Below, piece after piece: positions 27,893 to 37,768 of a stretch of 64,000 bases of DNA (within the stretch, counting starts at the first letter, position 1; the number at the start of each line of letters is the position of its first letter). The DNA comes from Candidatus Latescibacterota bacterium (GTDB lineage: Bacteria; Latescibacterota; UBA2968; UBA8231). The stretch spans positions 4,896,001 through 4,960,000 of the forward strand of contig OZ242005.1 of the NCBI GenBank assembly GCA_965204725.1, written 5' to 3'. The notes beneath the pieces are model-generated. The model had not been told where the DNA came from, ran no database searches, and worked only from the letters and a program-made list of their open reading frames with translations. The translations under genes were made by a program, and so were the position numbers.

Positions 27893-29065
27893 ATGATTCC
27901 GATCCGACTCATTCTGGCCGCCTGTCTGTTCTTTACCCCGGTCTCCGCAGCGAGCGAAGGTTTCCACGGCTTTGATCCAGCCACCTACGACGGGCTGATG
28001 CTCCCGCCGGCCGTGCTTCAGGCAATGGCCGCCGAAGCCGCGCAACACTCGCCCCCTAAAAACGGCCAAGCCCTAGTCTTTGGCTTCGCCAACCTACAGC
28101 GCGACATCAGCTTTGGCATCAAGGTGGAAAAGAGCATTGAGCGCAACGCGGCCGCGGCCGGCATCGAGCTGCTGATCGCCGACAATCGGCTCGACGGGCC
28201 GACCGCCTTGGCCAACGCCGAAAGCTTCGCCCGGCGTCAAGTTGACTTCTGCATCGAGTTCCAAACCGACGTGAACTTCGGCCCGGCGATCATGCAGCAC
28301 TTCAACCGCAAGCAGATCGGCGTGGTCGCCATCGACATCCCCATGCCGGGAGCCACCTACTTCGGGGCCAACAACCCCCGCTCGGGCTTTATGGGCGGCT
28401 CTTATCTAGCGCAGGCGGCCAAAACGCGCTTCGGCGACCGGGCACTCACCGAGGGGTACTTCGTCGTGGGCGAGCTGCCGCAGTCGGGCGCGATCCCCGC
28501 CATGCGCACCGAGGGCCAAATCGCCGGCTTCCTCGCCTCGCTACCCGGCTTTCCCTCCGAGCGCATCATCCGCATCGACACCAAAAACACGCTCCAGTAT
28601 TCCTTCCAACAGATGAGCAACGCGCTCGGCCGCATCCCCCAAGGCGCGCCAATCCTGATCACCGCCATCAACGACCAGTCGGTCTCCGGCATGTTGCGCG
28701 CCGTGCAGCAGCAGGGGCGTGGCGCAGACGCGCTGGTCGTCGGCAAGGGCGCCGATGAGTTGGAGACGATGGTCGCCGAGGAGCATTTCATCGCCTCGGT
28801 CGCCTATTTCCCCGAGCGCTACGGCAACTACCTCGTCCCGCTGAGCCTGATGCGCTTAGCAGGCCACGATGTGCCGCCGGCTGTCACCGTCAACCACGTA
28901 ATGATCAGCCCGGCCAACATCTGTCAATTCTACCCTGAATACGAATGCCAAGGCGAACCAGAATTCGACTACGTCTTCCCGCAGGCGGCCTTTGTCGAAC
29001 ACTTAGCCACGCTCAGGGACAAGCCCGAACTCGCTGGCTACGAGCAGTTGATTCCCGACCACTAG
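27893..29065 (+). CDS. Sugar ABC transporter substrate-binding protein (RbsB-like)
   Basis: Signal peptide; ADNRLDG, VVAIDIPMPGATYFGANN, INDQSVSG, SVAYFPERYG. Confidence 0.85.
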   Translation: MIPIRLILAACLFFTPVSAASEGFHGFDPATYDGLMLPPAVLQAMAAEAAQHSPPKNGQALVFGFANLQRDISFGIKVEKSIERNAAAAGIELLIADNRLDGPTALANAESFARRQVDFCIEFQTDVNFGPAIMQHFNRKQIGVVAIDIPMPGATYFGANNPRSGFMGGSYLAQAAKTRFGDRALTEGYFVVGELPQSGAIPAMRTEGQIAGFLASLPGFPSERIIRIDTKNTLQYSFQQMSNALGRIPQGAPILITAINDQSVSGMLRAVQQQGRGADALVVGKGADELETMVAEEHFIASVAYFPERYGNYLVPLSLMRLAGHDVPPAVTVNHVMISPANICQFYPEYECQGEPEFDYVFPQAAFVEHLATLRDKPELAGYEQLIPDH

Positions 29066-29067
29066 CA

Positions 29068-30561
29068 ATGGGCCACACCGCACCCTTGTTGCAGATGGCG
29101 GGCATCTGCAAATCCTTTGGTCGCGCCCAAGTTTTGCGCGAGGTCGATCTCCGGTTAGACGCCGGGGAGGTTTTGGCACTGCTCGGAGCCAATGGAGCGG
29201 GGAAATCTACTTTGGTGAAAATCCTCTGCGGCGTGTACCGCCGCGACGCGGGCATCGTCCGCCTCAACGACCAAGCGGTGCGCTATGACCAGCCCGAAGA
29301 AGCCATCGGCCACGGCGTCCGCTTTTTGCCGCAGGAAGTATCGGTCCTCCCCGACCTCACGGTTGCCGAAAACATCCTCATCGCCGACCTGCCGCTCAAA
29401 CGCTCGTGGCTTGGCAAGAAGGTGGACCGCACCGCCCTGCACACCCAAGCGCGGACCCTGCTCGACCGGCTCGGCTGCGACCTCGACCCCGCCGCGCTGG
29501 TCCATCGGCTTTCCGCGCCGCACAAGCGTCTAGTAGAAATCGCCCGTGCCCTCGCCGGCCAAGCGCGGATTATCGTCATGGACGAGCCGACCGCGGCCCT
29601 TGCCGACCGCGAGGTCCAAACGCTCTTCGCCGTCATCGAGCGGCTCAAGCAGCAGCAGATCGGCATCATTTACATCTCCCACTACCTCGACGAGGTCTTT
29701 GAGATCGCCGACCGCATCACCGTGCTGCGCGACGGGCTAAACGCCGGCGACTTTGCCACGGCCACGGCTTCGCGGCGCGAAGTTCTCGACGCCATGCTCG
29801 GCACCACGGTGGACGAACTCTACCCGCCGCGCAGCGCGCACACCGGCGAGGTTGCGCTGGAGGTCGAAAATCTGAGCCTGCCCGACGCCCTCGACAGCGT
29901 GTCCTTCGCGCTCCACCGCGGCGAGATTTTCGGCGTCTTCGGCCTGCTCGGCTCGGGCATTGACCAGCTTGGCCGGGCCATCTACGGCGCATTGGGGCCG
30001 CTGCCCGGCGCCCGCCTCACCCTCGCGGGGGTCCCATATTTCCCGACCAACCCTCGCCGGAGCCGCGACGCTGGAATCGGTTTTGTAGCGGCCGAACGTC
30101 AGCGCGAAGGCATCGTCCCCGACCTCGGCGTCCGGGCCAATATCACCTTGCCCTTTATCGACCGCTTCGTGCGCTTGTTCTCCGTGTCCAAGCCGCGCGA
30201 AGCAAGCCACGCGCAAAGCTGGATTGACCGCCTAGGCATTCGCACCGCACACCTCGACCAACCCCTGCGCTTGCTCTCGGGCGGCAACCAGCAGAAGGTC
30301 TGCCTAGCTCGCTGGCTGGTCGAAGATCTGGCAGTACTCATCCTCGAAGAACCGACCCGAGGCGTCGATGTGGGTGCTCGCCACGAACTCTACCTAGCCC
30401 TGCGGCAGTGGAGCCAACGAGGACTTGCCGTACTCTTGATTTCCTCCGACGCCGAAGAAGTCGCCGGCGTCTGCGACCGTTCCATCGTCCTAGACCGCGG
30501 CCGAGTGGCCAGCCGCTTTTCCGGCGGCACGGCCCCAGCCGACTTGCTCCATATCCCATGA
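29068..30561 (+). CDS. Sugar ABC transporter ATP-binding protein (RbsA/MglA-like)
   Basis: GANGAGKST, MDEPTAAL, YISHYLDE, LSGGNQQK, EEPTRGVDVG. Confidence 0.93.
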   Translation: MGHTAPLLQMAGICKSFGRAQVLREVDLRLDAGEVLALLGANGAGKSTLVKILCGVYRRDAGIVRLNDQAVRYDQPEEAIGHGVRFLPQEVSVLPDLTVAENILIADLPLKRSWLGKKVDRTALHTQARTLLDRLGCDLDPAALVHRLSAPHKRLVEIARALAGQARIIVMDEPTAALADREVQTLFAVIERLKQQQIGIIYISHYLDEVFEIADRITVLRDGLNAGDFATATASRREVLDAMLGTTVDELYPPRSAHTGEVALEVENLSLPDALDSVSFALHRGEIFGVFGLLGSGIDQLGRAIYGALGPLPGARLTLAGVPYFPTNPRRSRDAGIGFVAAERQREGIVPDLGVRANITLPFIDRFVRLFSVSKPREASHAQSWIDRLGIRTAHLDQPLRLLSGGNQQKVCLARWLVEDLAVLILEEPTRGVDVGARHELYLALRQWSQRGLAVLLISSDAEEVAGVCDRSIVLDRGRVASRFSGGTAPADLLHIP

Positions 30562-31511
30562 ACATCGCCGCCTTATTGAACCGCTCCGGTGCGGGCGTCG
30601 CCTTGTTGTTGGTGTTCTACCTCTTGGTCGCCGGGCTTTTTAGCGTCCTCTCGCCTTGGTTTTTGTCCTTCGACAACATGATGAGCATTGGCGCCAACAT
30701 GGCCTTTATCGGCTTGATGTGCGCGTTGCAAACGCCGCTGATCATCGCTGGGGGGCTCGATCTGTCGGTGGCCGCGGTCGCCGGGCTAGCTGGGGTCGTC
30801 GTCGCGCTGCTCCACGCCGCGGGCGTCGGCATTTTCGCAGCCTGCCTCGTCGCCTTAGCGCTGGGCGGGGGCATCGGGCTGCTCAACGGCCTGCTGGCCG
30901 TGCGTCTCGGGCTCAATCCGCTCATCGCCACCTTGGGCACGATGAGCGTCATCGGCGGGCTGGCCCTCGTCTTGACCGGCGGGCTAACCAAACCCCTGAT
31001 GGAACCCGGTTTCAACTGGCTCGGCAGCGGCCAGCTCTTGCGGCTGCCGGTGCCGCTGGTGCTGATGCTGCTGATCTACATCGCGCTCGGCTGGGTCCTA
31101 GCGCGGACCCGATTTGGCCGCTTCGTCTATGCGGCCGGCAGCAACCCCGAGGCCAGCCGGCTCGTCGGCGTCCCCGTCGCCCGCACTCTGATGATCCTCT
31201 ACGTTCTCTCCGGCCTCAGCGGCGCGGTCAGCGGCCTAATTCTGGCGGCCATGCTCTACGCAGCGGCTCCCGACGCAGCCGGGCAGCATCTGTTGACGGT
31301 GATCGCGGCCGTCATCTTAGGCGGCACGAGTCTCTTTGGGGGGCGTGGCACGGTGTGGGGGACCTTGTTGGCGGTGCTCTTGCTCGGCACTCTCAACAAC
31401 GGGCTGACCCTGATGGATGTGTCTAGCTTCTGGCAGGATGTAACGCGCGGTGCGGTGCTCCTGTTGGCCGTCGGCCTCGACCAAGTTCGCACCCGCGCCG
31501 CAGGTGCTTGA
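30558..31511 (+). CDS. Sugar ABC transporter permease (RbsC-like)
   Basis: GGLDLSV, IATLG, TRFGRFVYAAGSNPEASRLVG, IAAVILGGTSLFGGRG. Confidence 0.93.
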   Translation: MNIAALLNRSGAGVALLLVFYLLVAGLFSVLSPWFLSFDNMMSIGANMAFIGLMCALQTPLIIAGGLDLSVAAVAGLAGVVVALLHAAGVGIFAACLVALALGGGIGLLNGLLAVRLGLNPLIATLGTMSVIGGLALVLTGGLTKPLMEPGFNWLGSGQLLRLPVPLVLMLLIYIALGWVLARTRFGRFVYAAGSNPEASRLVGVPVARTLMILYVLSGLSGAVSGLILAAMLYAAAPDAAGQHLLTVIAAVILGGTSLFGGRGTVWGTLLAVLLLGTLNNGLTLMDVSSFWQDVTRGAVLLLAVGLDQVRTRAAGA

Positions 31512-31517
31512 GCAGGC

Positions 31518-32375
31518 TTACCTTAGGTCCTCAACGGTCTCTCCCTGCCGGTACGATCCCAAGAGGCGGACGAACTCGGTGGTCTCTCGCAGGTGCTCCA
31601 CAGCTTGGGCGCAAGCCGCCTGCTCCAAGTGGCCCGCCAAATCGAGATAGAAGACGTATTCCCAAGGCCGGTCGGGCATGGGCCGCGACTCGATTTTGAG
31701 CAGGTTGATGCCGCGCTCGGCAAAGGCCGCGAGGCTCCGGCACAGCGCACCCGGCACGTGCTTTAGCCCAAAGACGAGCGTAGCTTTGGCTGGATCGGCC
31801 GGCGCGGGCGCAGCGCGGCGGCTCACCACCAAAAAGCGCGTAAAATTGTGCGGCGCGTCCTCAATGCCGGAGACGAGAATCTCCAGCCCGTACGCGGCGG
31901 CCGCTTGCGTTCCGGCTATGGCTCCTCGATCGCGCACGCCGCTGGCGGCCAGCTCTTTGACCGCGCCGGCCGTATCATCCGTCGCTATCGTCTGAGCACC
32001 GGCCAACGAGTGAATGAAGCGCGTGCATTGGGCCAAGGCCGGCGGCTGCGACGCGATGTAGCGGATGTCCGCGAGCTGCACACCCCGATTGACGATGAGG
32101 TTGTGAACGATCCGCAGCTTGATTTCGCCAACGATGTGGACATCGCTTTGCAGCAGCAGGTCGTAGTTTTCGTGAATGCTGCCCATCAGCGAGTTCTCAA
32201 TGGGCACGACTCCGCAAGCGCAAGACTCGTCTTCCACAGCGGCAAAAAGCGCCTTGAAATCGGGCTGGGGGGCCAGTTGTGGCTCTGAAAAAAAATAAGC
32301 CCGCGCCGCCGCCTCGCTGAACGACCCGGCGTACCCTTGGATAGCCACAGGGCCGCATGTCTCTGTTCGCTTCAT
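31518..32375 (-). CDS. pheA: Prephenate dehydratase
   Basis: GSFSEAAA, VVPIENS, PALAQC, IED..HNFTRF, ACT domain INLLKIESRP...WEYVFYLD. Confidence 0.92.
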   Translation of the reverse strand: MKRTETCGPVAIQGYAGSFSEAAARAYFFSEPQLAPQPDFKALFAAVEDESCACGVVPIENSLMGSIHENYDLLLQSDVHIVGEIKLRIVHNLIVNRGVQLADIRYIASQPPALAQCTRFIHSLAGAQTIATDDTAGAVKELAASGVRDRGAIAGTQAAAAYGLEILVSGIEDAPHNFTRFLVVSRRAAPAPADPAKATLVFGLKHVPGALCRSLAAFAERGINLLKIESRPMPDRPWEYVFYLDLAGHLEQAACAQAVEHLRETTEFVRLLGSYRQGETVEDLR

Positions 32376-33013
32376 TATGTTCGCCTACTCGATTCTTCTT
32401 TAAGGACAGGTTTGGGCATTTGCTCGCCGTACTCCTTTTTCCATTTCCAATAGCCAAAGACGATGATAATCAGATACGCGACATACAACAAAGCAGTCAG
32501 GTAAAGCCCTCGGCTGTAGGAGAGATAGACCAATGCACTGTCGATGACAAACCAGTATCCCCAATTCTCCAAAATTTTCTTGGCCACCATATAGGTCGTC
32601 ACCACCGCATACCAAGTGGTGAAGGCGTCCAGATAGGGCAGGGCGGCCTCGGTGTTTTTGTCCAATAGATGACCGGATAGCACCACGACAACCGCCGTCC
32701 CAGCAATGACCACACCGTGCTTTTTGAGCGACCAAGTAGAAATGGGCAGGGTTGAGGATCGATCGGCGGGATGCCGCCATTGATACCAGCCATAGACCGC
32801 CATGGCCAAGTAGTAAATCTGTAGGGCCGACTCTAGGTACAGATTGACGTCGAAGAAGACGTAGGTGTAAATCGCGGTGCTGGCGAAAGCCGCTCCCCAA
32901 CACCAAATACTTTCCCGCGCCGCCAAGACCAAGTAGAGAATGGCCAAGACGACAGCCGGCACCTCCCACCAAGAAGTCAGTTCCAGCGCTTCAACTATTG
33001 CCGGAGTTTCCAT
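32375..33013 (-). CDS. pnuC: PnuC-family vitamin (nicotinamide riboside-type) transporter
   Basis: YGWYQW, PYLDAFTT, KILENWGYWFVID; multiple TM helices. Confidence 0.88.
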   Translation of the reverse strand: METPAIVEALELTSWWEVPAVVLAILYLVLAARESIWCWGAAFASTAIYTYVFFDVNLYLESALQIYYLAMAVYGWYQWRHPADRSSTLPISTWSLKKHGVVIAGTAVVVVLSGHLLDKNTEAALPYLDAFTTWYAVVTTYMVAKKILENWGYWFVIDSALVYLSYSRGLYLTALLYVAYLIIIVFGYWKWKKEYGEQMPKPVLKEESSRRT

Positions 33014-33068
33014 TGTCTATCAGTATATCACCTCCGCTTACATTAAATGCAATCGACAGGAGCGACTC

Positions 33069-33845
33069 ATGCACCCGATCACCGACGCCCAAAAGCAGCA
33101 ATTCAAGGAAGAGGGCTACTTCATCCTCGAAAACGCCATCCCCGCCCATCACCTCGACCTCCTGCGCGGCGAGTGCCAAGCCTTCATCGACAAAGCCAAC
33201 GCTCGGATGGACGCCGAAGGCACGGATACCTTGGGCCTCAATCACCGCAACAGCCGCTACTTTGTATCCAATTGCTTCCGCGAGCAGCCGCGCCTGCGCG
33301 AGTTCCTTTTCAGCCCTCTAATGGCCGCAATCTGCCAAGCCACCCTAGGCGACGACGCCTATTTGTTCTGGGAGCAATACGTGGTCAAAGGGGCCGAGGC
33401 CGGCATGAAATTCTCTTGGCATCAAGACTCGGGCTACGTCGGCTACCCGGATCACAAGCCGTACTTAACCTGCTGGTGCGCCCTTGACGACATGTCTGAG
33501 GCCAATGGCACCGTCCACTTGCTGCCTTTTTCGCGGTCGGGCATTCGCACTTGGGTCAAGCACATCCGCGAGGAAGGGAGCAACGACTTGATCGGCTACT
33601 TCGGCCGCGACCCCGGCGTCTCGGTCGTCGCCCCGGCCGGCAGCATTGCCGTCTTTACCAGCTACAACTTCCACTCCAGCGGCACCAACACCACCCATCA
33701 GATGCGCCGCGTGTATTTGGCCCAGTACTCCTGCGAGCCGCTGACCTCGGCCGACGGCAGCAAACTCTGGGGGAATGCCGAGCCTTTTCTCAAGGCGGGT
33801 AAACGGGTCGATCCGCCGCCCACACTCACCAAGTCCGCTCCTTGA
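33069..33845 (+). CDS. Phytanoyl-CoA dioxygenase (PhyH) family protein
   Basis: FKEEGY, WHQDSGY (HxD), WCALDD...NG, FHSSGTN...RR. Confidence 0.9.
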   Translation: MHPITDAQKQQFKEEGYFILENAIPAHHLDLLRGECQAFIDKANARMDAEGTDTLGLNHRNSRYFVSNCFREQPRLREFLFSPLMAAICQATLGDDAYLFWEQYVVKGAEAGMKFSWHQDSGYVGYPDHKPYLTCWCALDDMSEANGTVHLLPFSRSGIRTWVKHIREEGSNDLIGYFGRDPGVSVVAPAGSIAVFTSYNFHSSGTNTTHQMRRVYLAQYSCEPLTSADGSKLWGNAEPFLKAGKRVDPPPTLTKSAP

Positions 33846-34707
33846 GCAACGCTTGGATGGCGGCACGCGGCACGGGCAACTCGTCAATATGGCTCTCTAG
33901 CCAGCGCGAGAAATCCTCCTCAATGGGGTCGGACCAACGAGTATCGATCTGGCCGGGCGTGTATTGGCCCTCGGCCAAGCGCTGTTTGCCAAAGCGGTCG
34001 CGGAGCGCGATCAACTCCGAGGTCTTGACCACCTGTTCGGCTAGATGAGGCGGGATGAAAACGACCCCATCGTCGCGGCCGAGGACTACGTCGCCGGGCA
34101 TGACTGTCGCGCCGCCAATGCGCACCGGGCAGTTGACCCCGGCCAGCATGATGGTGGGCGAGGCAAAGGTGGGGTGAAAGCCGCGCACGAAACTGGTGAA
34201 GTTGGGCAGCGCTTGGATGCCGTCGATGTCGCGGACCGCCGCGTCGTGTACCACCCCGTTGCCCGAATTGGCGTAGATCGCGGTGGCGAGGTTGTCGCCA
34301 ATGACGGCACCTTGGTCAATTTTGCCGAATACGTCGGCTACGTACACGTCCCCGGGCACCAGCATATCAATGGGCCACGAGATCTGGTCGCCAATGCAGC
34401 CAGTCCGTTCTCCTTTTGCTTCCATGACCCGACGCATGACGGGCCGCCGCGGCAGGTACGCGGCCGTCAGGGCGCGGCCCGCCAGCACTTGGCCGGGATG
34501 CGTGCAAACCCAGCCGTCTTCGTACTGCCAGTTGTAGCCGGGGCCACGCAAGACGCCCCAGGCTTGGGTAATGCTGACGTTGTGCATGCGCTCGAGAATG
34601 TCGTCGGGCACCTTGGGACGACCATCGGCAAAGCGCTCGCCCTGCCACTCCGGGGTGTACTCGATTAGCTCTTCTGGAGACATGTTCAAAGGGGCAAATT
34701 TTTCCAC
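33826..34707 (-). CDS. RraA family protein (HMG aldolase-like)
   Basis: RFADGRPKV, LAGRALT, IGDNL, VRDIDG, VMPGDVVLG..DGVVFIP; GTG start after GAGGAG chosen (track starts at 34764). Confidence 0.85.
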   Translation of the reverse strand: MEKFAPLNMSPEELIEYTPEWQGERFADGRPKVPDDILERMHNVSITQAWGVLRGPGYNWQYEDGWVCTHPGQVLAGRALTAAYLPRRPVMRRVMEAKGERTGCIGDQISWPIDMLVPGDVYVADVFGKIDQGAVIGDNLATAIYANSGNGVVHDAAVRDIDGIQALPNFTSFVRGFHPTFASPTIMLAGVNCPVRIGGATVMPGDVVLGRDDGVVFIPPHLAEQVVKTSELIALRDRFGKQRLAEGQYTPGQIDTRWSDPIEEDFSRWLESHIDELPVPRAAIQALLKERTW

Positions 34708-34748
34708 GGTAGTGCTTTCTCCTCGTTGAAATGTGCGCGGCACCTTTC

Positions 34749-35543
34749 CTACTTTCCCTTCCATACGGGCTTCCGCTTCTCGGTGAACGCCTTCGGGCCT
34801 TCGACAAAGTCGTCCGATTCATACACGCGCTCGGCCAGCGGGAAGCGCGTGTTGATCGCTTCCCACAAAGGCAACTCCAACCCCCGCACGGCCGCCTCTT
34901 TCCCCGCCTGCAAGGCCAAGGGCGCACACGCCAAAATCGCCTCCACCCATTGCTCGGCGGCCTCTTGTAGGCCCTCGGCTGGCACCACTTGATTGACTAA
35001 CCCAATTCGCCGCGCCTCCTCCGCTGATATGAGTTCGCCGGTCAGGATGAGTTGCATGGCCGCGCTCCACGGCAGCCGCCGGACGAGCTTGTGGATGCCC
35101 CCGGCGTCGGCCAGCAACCCGCGCCGCGCTTCGGGCAACCCCAGTTGCGCGTGTTCGGCCGCCACCACCAAATCGCACCCCAAGACCAGTTCCAACCCGC
35201 CGCCCACGGCATAGCCGTTGACCACGGCCAGAAGCGGCTTATAGCAATCACGGCCCCGCTGGAAACCGCGTGCCGCGCCGCTGGCCTCGGCGCGGTTGTG
35301 GCGGCGCGCGGCCTCGCCGGCTTCAGCCCGCCACTTCAGATCGGAGCCAGCGCAAAACGCCCGGGTGCCGCTGCCGGTCAAAACCCCGACCCACACGCTG
35401 TCGTCGTCGCGGATCCGCTCCCAAGCGTCGGCCAGTTCCTCGGCCATGGGCGGGTGGATGGCGTTGAGAACCTCGGGGCGGTTGAGGGTGACCGTGGCGA
35501 CGTGGTCGCGTTGTTCGTAGCGGATGAACTCGTAGGGGGCCAT
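34749..35543 (-). CDS. Enoyl-CoA hydratase/isomerase family protein
   Basis: TLNRPEVLNA, AFCAGSDLK, VNGYAVGGGLE, LPEARRG, EGPKAFTEKRKPVW. Confidence 0.92.
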   Translation of the reverse strand: MAPYEFIRYEQRDHVATVTLNRPEVLNAIHPPMAEELADAWERIRDDDSVWVGVLTGSGTRAFCAGSDLKWRAEAGEAARRHNRAEASGAARGFQRGRDCYKPLLAVVNGYAVGGGLELVLGCDLVVAAEHAQLGLPEARRGLLADAGGIHKLVRRLPWSAAMQLILTGELISAEEARRIGLVNQVVPAEGLQEAAEQWVEAILACAPLALQAGKEAAVRGLELPLWEAINTRFPLAERVYESDDFVEGPKAFTEKRKPVWKGK

Positions 35544-35546
35544 TGC

Positions 35547-36530
<984 letters not shown>

Positions 36531-36546
36531 GGGGTCTCCTGTTTAA

Positions 36547-37767
36547 TCAGAAAACGATGTCCTGTGCGTACAACGCGGCGATCTCGGCTTCTGCGTACCC
36601 GGCCTCGCGCAGCACAGCCTCGGTGTGTTCCCCGGCTAGCGGGGCAGGTGCCGGGGCTGGAGCGGGCGTCTCCACTAGCCGCAGGGGGGTGCCAACGTGG
36701 CGCATAGTACCTACCTGCGGATGCTGGACTTCGACGATCATCTCGTTGACCGCGAGCTGAGGGTCTGCTAGGGCCTCGGCGGTCGAGCGCACCGGTGCGA
36801 CGAGGATGTCCTTGGCCTCCAGCAGCGGAATCCACTCGGCACTCGTTTTTTCTGCGAATATCGGCACTAGCCGTTCCCGCAGGGCCTCGCGGTGCTCCAC
36901 GGCCGCGGCGAGCGTGGCAAAGCGCGGGTCCCCGACGAGCCCTTCAGTCGCTAGGGCCTCCTGCAAGTCGCGCAACAGTTGGTCAAAGGGGCGGAAAAGC
37001 GCGGTGACCATCAAGAAGCCATCGGCCGTCGCAAACACTGCTCCGTCGAGTGGGTTGCCGCGCGGATGAGTCGCTCCGCCTGAGCCATCGTCTTCCCCGT
37101 CGTCGCCCAAGTTGAGAATTTTGCTCGTCGCCCACGCCTGCATACTCATCATGCCGTCGAGGAGCGAGGTTTCCACGTATTGCCCGGTGCCCGTGCGCTC
37201 GCGGGCCAACAGTGCGAGGAGAATGCCCTGCGCCAGCAACATGCCGCCGTTGAAATCGGCCACCGTATAGGGCAAGCGCTGGGGCGTACCGTGGGGGCCG
37301 ACGAAGCGAGCCGCCACGCCGCTCAGCGCTTGAGCCATGGACTCGTGGCCGCCCTTATTGCGCTCGCTGTACGGGCCTTGTGAGCCATAGCCCGAACCAA
37401 CGGCGTAGATGAGCCTCGGGTACGGCTCTCGCAGCGCAGCGTAATCTAGCCCTAGCTTGGCCATGACGGCACCGGAACGGAAGTTGTGTACCAGCACGTC
37501 CGCGTCTTCCAACAGGCGATGGACGATCTGACGCCCAGCGGACTTCTTGAGATCGACCACTAGGCTTTTCTTGGAGCGATTGAGGCTGGCAAAAGGCAGG
37601 CTTTGCTCCTTTACCCACGGGCCAAAGGCGCGGGATAGGTCGCCGCCGGGGCGCTCTATCTTGATGACTTCCGCGCCGTGATCGGCCAAAACTTGGGTGG
37701 CAGCCGGGCCGAAGATCACTTGGGTAAAGTCGAGGACGCGGATGCCGTCGAGTGCGGGCATGGACAT
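36547..37767 (-). CDS. CaiB/BaiF family CoA-transferase (family III)
   Basis: LDGIRVLDFTQVIFGP, GAEVIKIE, LNRSKKS, DVLVHNFR, P.AGEHT..VL. Confidence 0.92.
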   Translation of the reverse strand: MSMPALDGIRVLDFTQVIFGPAATQVLADHGAEVIKIERPGGDLSRAFGPWVKEQSLPFASLNRSKKSLVVDLKKSAGRQIVHRLLEDADVLVHNFRSGAVMAKLGLDYAALREPYPRLIYAVGSGYGSQGPYSERNKGGHESMAQALSGVAARFVGPHGTPQRLPYTVADFNGGMLLAQGILLALLARERTGTGQYVETSLLDGMMSMQAWATSKILNLGDDGEDDGSGGATHPRGNPLDGAVFATADGFLMVTALFRPFDQLLRDLQEALATEGLVGDPRFATLAAAVEHREALRERLVPIFAEKTSAEWIPLLEAKDILVAPVRSTAEALADPQLAVNEMIVEVQHPQVGTMRHVGTPLRLVETPAPAPAPAPLAGEHTEAVLREAGYAEAEIAALYAQDIVF

Positions 37768-37768
37768 C

